A stretch of 64,000 nt of DNA from Minisyncoccota bacterium (GTDB taxonomy: Bacteria > Patescibacteriota > Minisyncoccia > Phycocordibacterales > UBA918). The DNA is taken from positions 26,901 to 90,900 of the forward strand of contig CALJTT010000003.1 in NCBI GenBank assembly GCA_937975855.1, in the 5' to 3' direction. Of the stretch, positions 59,983 through 64,000 are shown piece by piece (the stretch's first letter is position 1; the number at the start of each line of letters is the position of its first letter). A program made the translations under genes and the position numbers. A model generated the notes under the pieces. That model searched no databases. It was not told where the DNA came from and saw only the letters and a program-made list of their open reading frames with translations.

Positions 59983-61091
59983 TGAAAATCATCTACAAAC
60001 CCCAAAACCCTTCCCGCTCTCTCAGTCCACGTATACCGCTTAGCCTTCACACTAAGTAGTCGGGCGGCGGCTTGTTTGTTTTCGTAATCTTGTCGCACTG
60101 CAGAAATGCCGGCGGCAAGTGCGCCAGAGTTGTCGGGCTGCACCAGTGTAACATCATCACCCAAAACCACAGAAGTGAGACTTGGAATGTCTGACGCAAC
60201 AATTGGAACTCCAGAGGCCATGTGGGCGAATAGCTTGAGTGGCGAAGTGTATTCGTTCGACAGAGGTGTGGTGGCTGTATTTGGTATAACAAGCACGTTT
60301 GCCGCCTGCTGGTTGTCGCGTAATTCTCGATAAGGCAACTTGCCTAAAAATCTGACATGCGGATACTTTTTCTTGATCACTGCAACTTGTTCTGTTGAGC
60401 CTCCGATTGCGACCACTGTGACGTCGAGCAGTTTGGCACCAGCCTCGAACAAAGTGTCGACTCCTTTATATGTATCGAACCCACCGATATACATGACAAT
60501 AAATTCTTCTGGCGGAAGATTAAGTTTGTTCCGCACTGTTGCACGACTAGGTAGTGATTCGAAAAAAGATTCGTCTATACCGTCATCAGCAACAAGCAGT
60601 TGATCTGCGGGGATGTTTTGTTGCCGATAAAAATCGTATATCCCTTTTGATATGACAACCACTGGTAACCCAAGTCGAAACAAACGACGAACCGCAAAGT
60701 TGTATTTGGCCTCATGCGATTCGTACACGAGTTTAGTCCTCGGCATCAAGACAGACAACGTGCACAAAACCAATTCGTGTCTCGAGTAAATAACATCGTG
60801 ACTATCTTTGCCATGACGCCGCCAAAAATAAAAAGCGAATAAAACTTCGCGAAGATAGAAACTAAGTTTTGATTTAAAAAATAGTTTTGTCGGAGGAAGT
60901 TGCTCGAGTGAAAATTTTGGCTCGATGCCAAACTTCGTGACAATGTCTTCTTGCGAAGATTCAAAATAAGCGTTGGTGAAAAGTGTAACGTCTGCTTTTT
61001 GGTTAGAAAAAGCCTGACACATATGAGTGATCTGGGCGGCATGGGCGCGGTCAGTTGGATATGGAACGTTAGCCAAATAGGCGACTTTCAT
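59979..61091 (-). CDS. GT4-family (GT-B) glycosyltransferase
   Basis: GGFDTYKGVDTL..., SPLKLFAHMASGVPIVASD (E/x7/E-region equivalent). Confidence 0.8.
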   Translation of the reverse strand: MKVAYLANVPYPTDRAHAAQITHMCQAFSNQKADVTLFTNAYFESSQEDIVTKFGIEPKFSLEQLPPTKLFFKSKLSFYLREVLFAFYFWRRHGKDSHDVIYSRHELVLCTLSVLMPRTKLVYESHEAKYNFAVRRLFRLGLPVVVISKGIYDFYRQQNIPADQLLVADDGIDESFFESLPSRATVRNKLNLPPEEFIVMYIGGFDTYKGVDTLFEAGAKLLDVTVVAIGGSTEQVAVIKKKYPHVRFLGKLPYRELRDNQQAANVLVIPNTATTPLSNEYTSPLKLFAHMASGVPIVASDIPSLTSVVLGDDVTLVQPDNSGALAAGISAVRQDYENKQAAARLLSVKAKRYTWTERAGRVLGFVDDFQ

Positions 61092-61100
61092 AATGATGGC

Positions 61101-61109
61101 ATTATAACA
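61101..61109 (-). promoter_or_regulatory. Extended -10 TGTTATAAT, 9 nt upstream of ATG 61091 (leaderless candidate)
   Basis: Minus-strand TGTTATAAT-gccatcatt-ATG. Confidence 0.5.
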
Positions 61110-61163
61110 AACATACTTTAGTAACTACATAGACCTGGATTTTGTTACACTGTCATACACGTT

Positions 61164-62405
61164 ATGATTGCCACCTTATTAAACAAAGCGGAACAACTAT
61201 TCCAAACTGACATGCGCTATTTTATAAAAAATGGTGGATGGTTACTGATGGGACAAATTCTACTGGCGGTACTTGGTTTTGTTCTCACGATCGCGTTTGC
61301 GAACCTGTTGTCACAACAAGAATACGGCGTTTATAAATTCATCATAGCGACTGGCGGGTTACTGGCAGCACTACGATTGAACGGACTGAGACTGGCAGTC
61401 ACACAAGCTGTGGCACGTGGAGCGTACGGCACGGCGCGAGATGCCCTGTTCCTGGCTGCACGCTGGAACACCTTGGTGATTGTCGCCTCTTGTGCTGTTG
61501 CGGGATACTATTTATTTCAAGACAACTACATTCTGGCGATCGGTATTTTAGCTGTTGGAAGTTACAACGCTATCATCGGCGCTCTCCGGGTCTACCGTGG
61601 CTATCTGTCTGGGACTGAACAATTTCACATTGGCACAATTCACGATCTAGTAACTACCGCGCTTGCAACTGGGAGCATCTTCCTTGCCCTTCTGTATACC
61701 GACAACGTCCTGGTCCTAGTTGCCGCGGGGATCGTCCTCCCCTTTCTGGCGATCGCTTGGTTTGCTTGGAACACACTGAGGAAAATTGACCGTACGGCGT
61801 CGTCGTCAGAGTCAGCCCTGACCTTTGGAAAACATATGAGCGCCCAGAACTTTCTATTGAATGTTGGTGTGCACATCGACAAGGTAATTTTATTTCAATG
61901 GCTAGGTAGTATCGAATTGGCAGTCTACGCTTTTGCCCTACTATTACCCGACCACGTAGGCGGACTATTTAAAAGCGTCCTTGGTATCGTCGTTCCCAAG
62001 TTTGCTCAGAAGGAACAAGCTGACCTGCGCCGCAGTATTAAACGCAAACTCGTACAACTAACCTTATTTATGATTCTGTCCGTGGTCGGCTACATTTTGG
62101 TTGCACCGTATTTATTCGCTTGGCTATTCCCTGTTTACGTAGATTCAGTTTGGTATTCTCAACTACTAATCATCGGACTATTGGGATTCCCGGCGTCTTA
62201 TCTCTTTACAGCGTACTTCGACGCACTGCAGCGTACTCGTACACTTTACAAAACAAAGATTTCTACAAGCATGCTGAAGATTTTATTTATCTTGGTATGC
62301 ACTTGGACTCTAGGACTCTTTGGTGCAGTTTTGGCACACCTTATGGCTCGAGTAGCGACAGTCACTATTCTTGGGTATTACTATTATTCCGAAAAATCCG
62401 CTTAA
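61164..62405 (+). CDS. Oligosaccharide/polysaccharide flippase (Wzx/MOP-superfamily-like)
   Basis: 413 aa, about 12 predicted TM helices, sited in a glycan-assembly context. TGTTACACT lies 12 nt upstream of the ATG. Confidence 0.65.
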   Translation: MIATLLNKAEQLFQTDMRYFIKNGGWLLMGQILLAVLGFVLTIAFANLLSQQEYGVYKFIIATGGLLAALRLNGLRLAVTQAVARGAYGTARDALFLAARWNTLVIVASCAVAGYYLFQDNYILAIGILAVGSYNAIIGALRVYRGYLSGTEQFHIGTIHDLVTTALATGSIFLALLYTDNVLVLVAAGIVLPFLAIAWFAWNTLRKIDRTASSSESALTFGKHMSAQNFLLNVGVHIDKVILFQWLGSIELAVYAFALLLPDHVGGLFKSVLGIVVPKFAQKEQADLRRSIKRKLVQLTLFMILSVVGYILVAPYLFAWLFPVYVDSVWYSQLLIIGLLGFPASYLFTAYFDALQRTRTLYKTKISTSMLKILFILVCTWTLGLFGAVLAHLMARVATVTILGYYYYSEKSA

Positions 62406-62436
62406 AGAGCTGACGGAAAATCCTTCTTACCAAATT

Positions 62437-62445
62437 TGTTACAAT
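62437..62445 (+). promoter_or_regulatory. Extended -10 TGTTACAAT, 7 nt upstream of ATG 62453 (leaderless candidate)
   Basis: TGT (62437-39) + TACAAT (62440-45), then accgatc, then ATG. Confidence 0.5.
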
Positions 62446-62452
62446 ACCGATC

Positions 62453-64000
62453 ATGTTTTTCAGACTCCAGCAAAAAAATAATATTGTCACGACTGACCAC
62501 ACTGGATACGAAACCAAAGACTTCGACGAGTTCACTCTGATTACTTACAACATTCCACCAGAAGACAGGGCAAAACTGCTGGAAGCTTATAAAAACAAGA
62601 GTCTCCCGGAAACCTTGCAAACTTATAAAAGAAACGACTTTCTTTTTACTCTACACGACCACAAAAAACATTGTCTTATAGTTGCGAACGACCACTTTGG
62701 ATCGAATGAGATTTTATTCAAAGTAACTAAAAACGCAACCATAGTCACCGACTCTTTATCTGAACTCAAAAAACTATATCCAGACATTTCGATAGACTTG
62801 GATCGCGTCAACGAATATTTTGCATTCGGCTCAATCCAGCCACCCCAAAGTATTTTTAAAGAAGTCTTTGCAGTACCTTCAGCTCACCTGCTAACAATAG
62901 ACTGCAAAACCAAGAAGTACGATCTGCAAGAATACTGGAATCCGGCCAGCACTCTTGCTGATAAATATGAATCGTACGATGAGGGTTTGAGGGAAATACG
63001 GACAAAGATTGCTGCGAGTGCAGAGCAAGAAATTCCTTTCAGGGAAACATACGGTTCTTCTTTGTCTGGTGGAGTGGACTCGGGAGGACTTTTGTCGGCG
63101 CTACACGATGCAACCGGTGTCGCAGGCACAGCAATCACCATCGGACCATACGGTGAAGATTCGGGAGACCTTCCCAGCGCTCGCAAAACTGCGGCTCACG
63201 TTGGCGCAGATCATATCGAACTATATCCAACGGCTGACAGTCTTAAACATCTGCCACGCTACATGAAGCACCTAAACCAGCCAATGGACGGTCAAGCAAT
63301 TTTAACTAACGGACTGACGTTTGACGCAGCTCGTGAGAAAGGAATAACCAGAATGTTGTTCGGGTTTGGTACCGACAACATGTTGGGTTGTCAAAAATAC
63401 AGTCGTCTAGCTGTCATGTTACAAAAAATCTCCTGGCTTCCAATGTCAATTCAAAAACTTGGCTTGTCTGTGGTTTTGAAGATGCGGGGTAACATTTCTA
63501 AAGACCAGAAAGAAGTTATTCTAGCTTCCACAAACACCGAGCGCTTCCTGCGAATAAAATCTATTCACTTTTGGGCGAACCAGCCGTTTCTTAAGCATCC
63601 AAGCGACCCTTACAAAACAATCGAAACCAAAAAACTTAATGAGATCTTTTCTCGCTCAGATCTTGGGCCAGTTGATAAATACATATTCGCCGACTGGAGT
63701 CACATTCATATCTACAACCGTCATGGAATGGTCAGTAGGCTAGCGCGCCCCCAAGGTATTAGTGTCTACAATCCAGCGTATACGCCGCTAGTCAGCGGAG
63801 CTTTGTTGCGAGCAACTGACCATATGCGAATGCGCAATGACTGGGACAAGGAAATATTTCGAGAAGCTGTCCGACCTGTTTCGCCCGAGCACCTGTACAC
63901 AAATAAACGAAAGTCTTGTATCTTGGAAATGAAAAAATGGTTTGCCGATGAAAAGACTCGATTTGACGCTAAAAAGATTCTAGAAGACTCCGAATTCATT
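62453..64000 (+). CDS. Asparagine-synthetase-like PP-loop ATP pyrophosphatase, partial (runs off the window); no N-terminal Cys nucleophile
   Basis: My own translation of frame 2 gives 516 codons with no stop up to the window end (MFFRLQQKNN...). It contains SLSGGVDSGGLL (the SGGxDS PP-loop) and AsnB-like segments (LIVANDHFGSNEILF; FKEVFAVPSAHLL). Absent from the ORF track because it has no stop in the window. Confidence 0.75.
   Translation, partial: MFFRLQQKNNIVTTDHTGYETKDFDEFTLITYNIPPEDRAKLLEAYKNKSLPETLQTYKRNDFLFTLHDHKKHCLIVANDHFGSNEILFKVTKNATIVTDSLSELKKLYPDISIDLDRVNEYFAFGSIQPPQSIFKEVFAVPSAHLLTIDCKTKKYDLQEYWNPASTLADKYESYDEGLREIRTKIAASAEQEIPFRETYGSSLSGGVDSGGLLSALHDATGVAGTAITIGPYGEDSGDLPSARKTAAHVGADHIELYPTADSLKHLPRYMKHLNQPMDGQAILTNGLTFDAAREKGITRMLFGFGTDNMLGCQKYSRLAVMLQKISWLPMSIQKLGLSVVLKMRGNISKDQKEVILASTNTERFLRIKSIHFWANQPFLKHPSDPYKTIETKKLNEIFSRSDLGPVDKYIFADWSHIHIYNRHGMVSRLARPQGISVYNPAYTPLVSGALLRATDHMRMRNDWDKEIFREAVRPVSPEHLYTNKRKSCILEMKKWFADEKTRFDAKKILEDSEFI

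Noticed and set aside
1-64000. An alternative genetic code (UGA recoding, as in some candidate phyla)
   Set aside because: All conserved genes are intact under the standard code. TGA at 155-157 behaves as a true stop, because it is immediately followed by a terminator.

Overview
This 64-kb window reads as a gene-dense, mostly minus-strand stretch of a small, reduced bacterial genome. I infer a Patescibacteria/CPR-like organism, possibly Saccharibacteria-like, from gene content only. It uses the standard genetic code. No rRNA, CRISPR array, transposase or integrase was seen.

**Housekeeping genes recognised from motifs**
- Replication and translation: dnaE, thrS (behind a T-box leader), gyrB, pheT, pheS, one tRNA-Thr(UGU), tsf, rpsB, prfA, rpmE, rplY, gatB, obg, secA, murB.
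- Sugar-phosphate block: fba, a PfkB kinase, a split transketolase, rpe, rpiB, gap.

**Accessory envelope content between them**
1. A sortase next to a large surface protein carrying a VPYTG-plus-TM signal (5.5-8.6 kb).
2. A processive GT2 synthase with a PEGA-like protein (15.4-18.1 kb).
3. A higher-GC segment whose two leftmost genes have clear Shine-Dalgarno (SD) sites, encoding an orphan LpxC-like deacetylase and secreted cell-wall proteins (27.8-30.6 kb).
4. A seven-gene operon-like surface locus (36.7-47.1 kb). It is built around a ~1530-aa phage-tail-fibre-like protein with a C-terminal S74-type chaperone domain. It also holds two paralogous ~250-aa secreted proteins, a DUF916/DUF3324-like anchored protein, an FN3 protein and two membrane-tethered HTH-like proteins. 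This is my best candidate for an undescribed system, possibly a host-attachment or surface complex.
5. A glycan-assembly cluster (53.5-64 kb): an O-antigen-ligase-like/TPR protein, three methyltransferases, a C39-like secreted protein, GT4, a flippase, and an open-ended AsnB-like gene that is missing from the ORF track.

**Recurring sequence-level pattern**
Many first genes of transcription units carry a -10 box, often with an extended TGn (TGnTAnnnT), only 6-9 nt upstream of the start codon and have no SD. This suggests pervasive leaderless mRNAs.

All functional calls come from reading motifs by eye. No database search was run.
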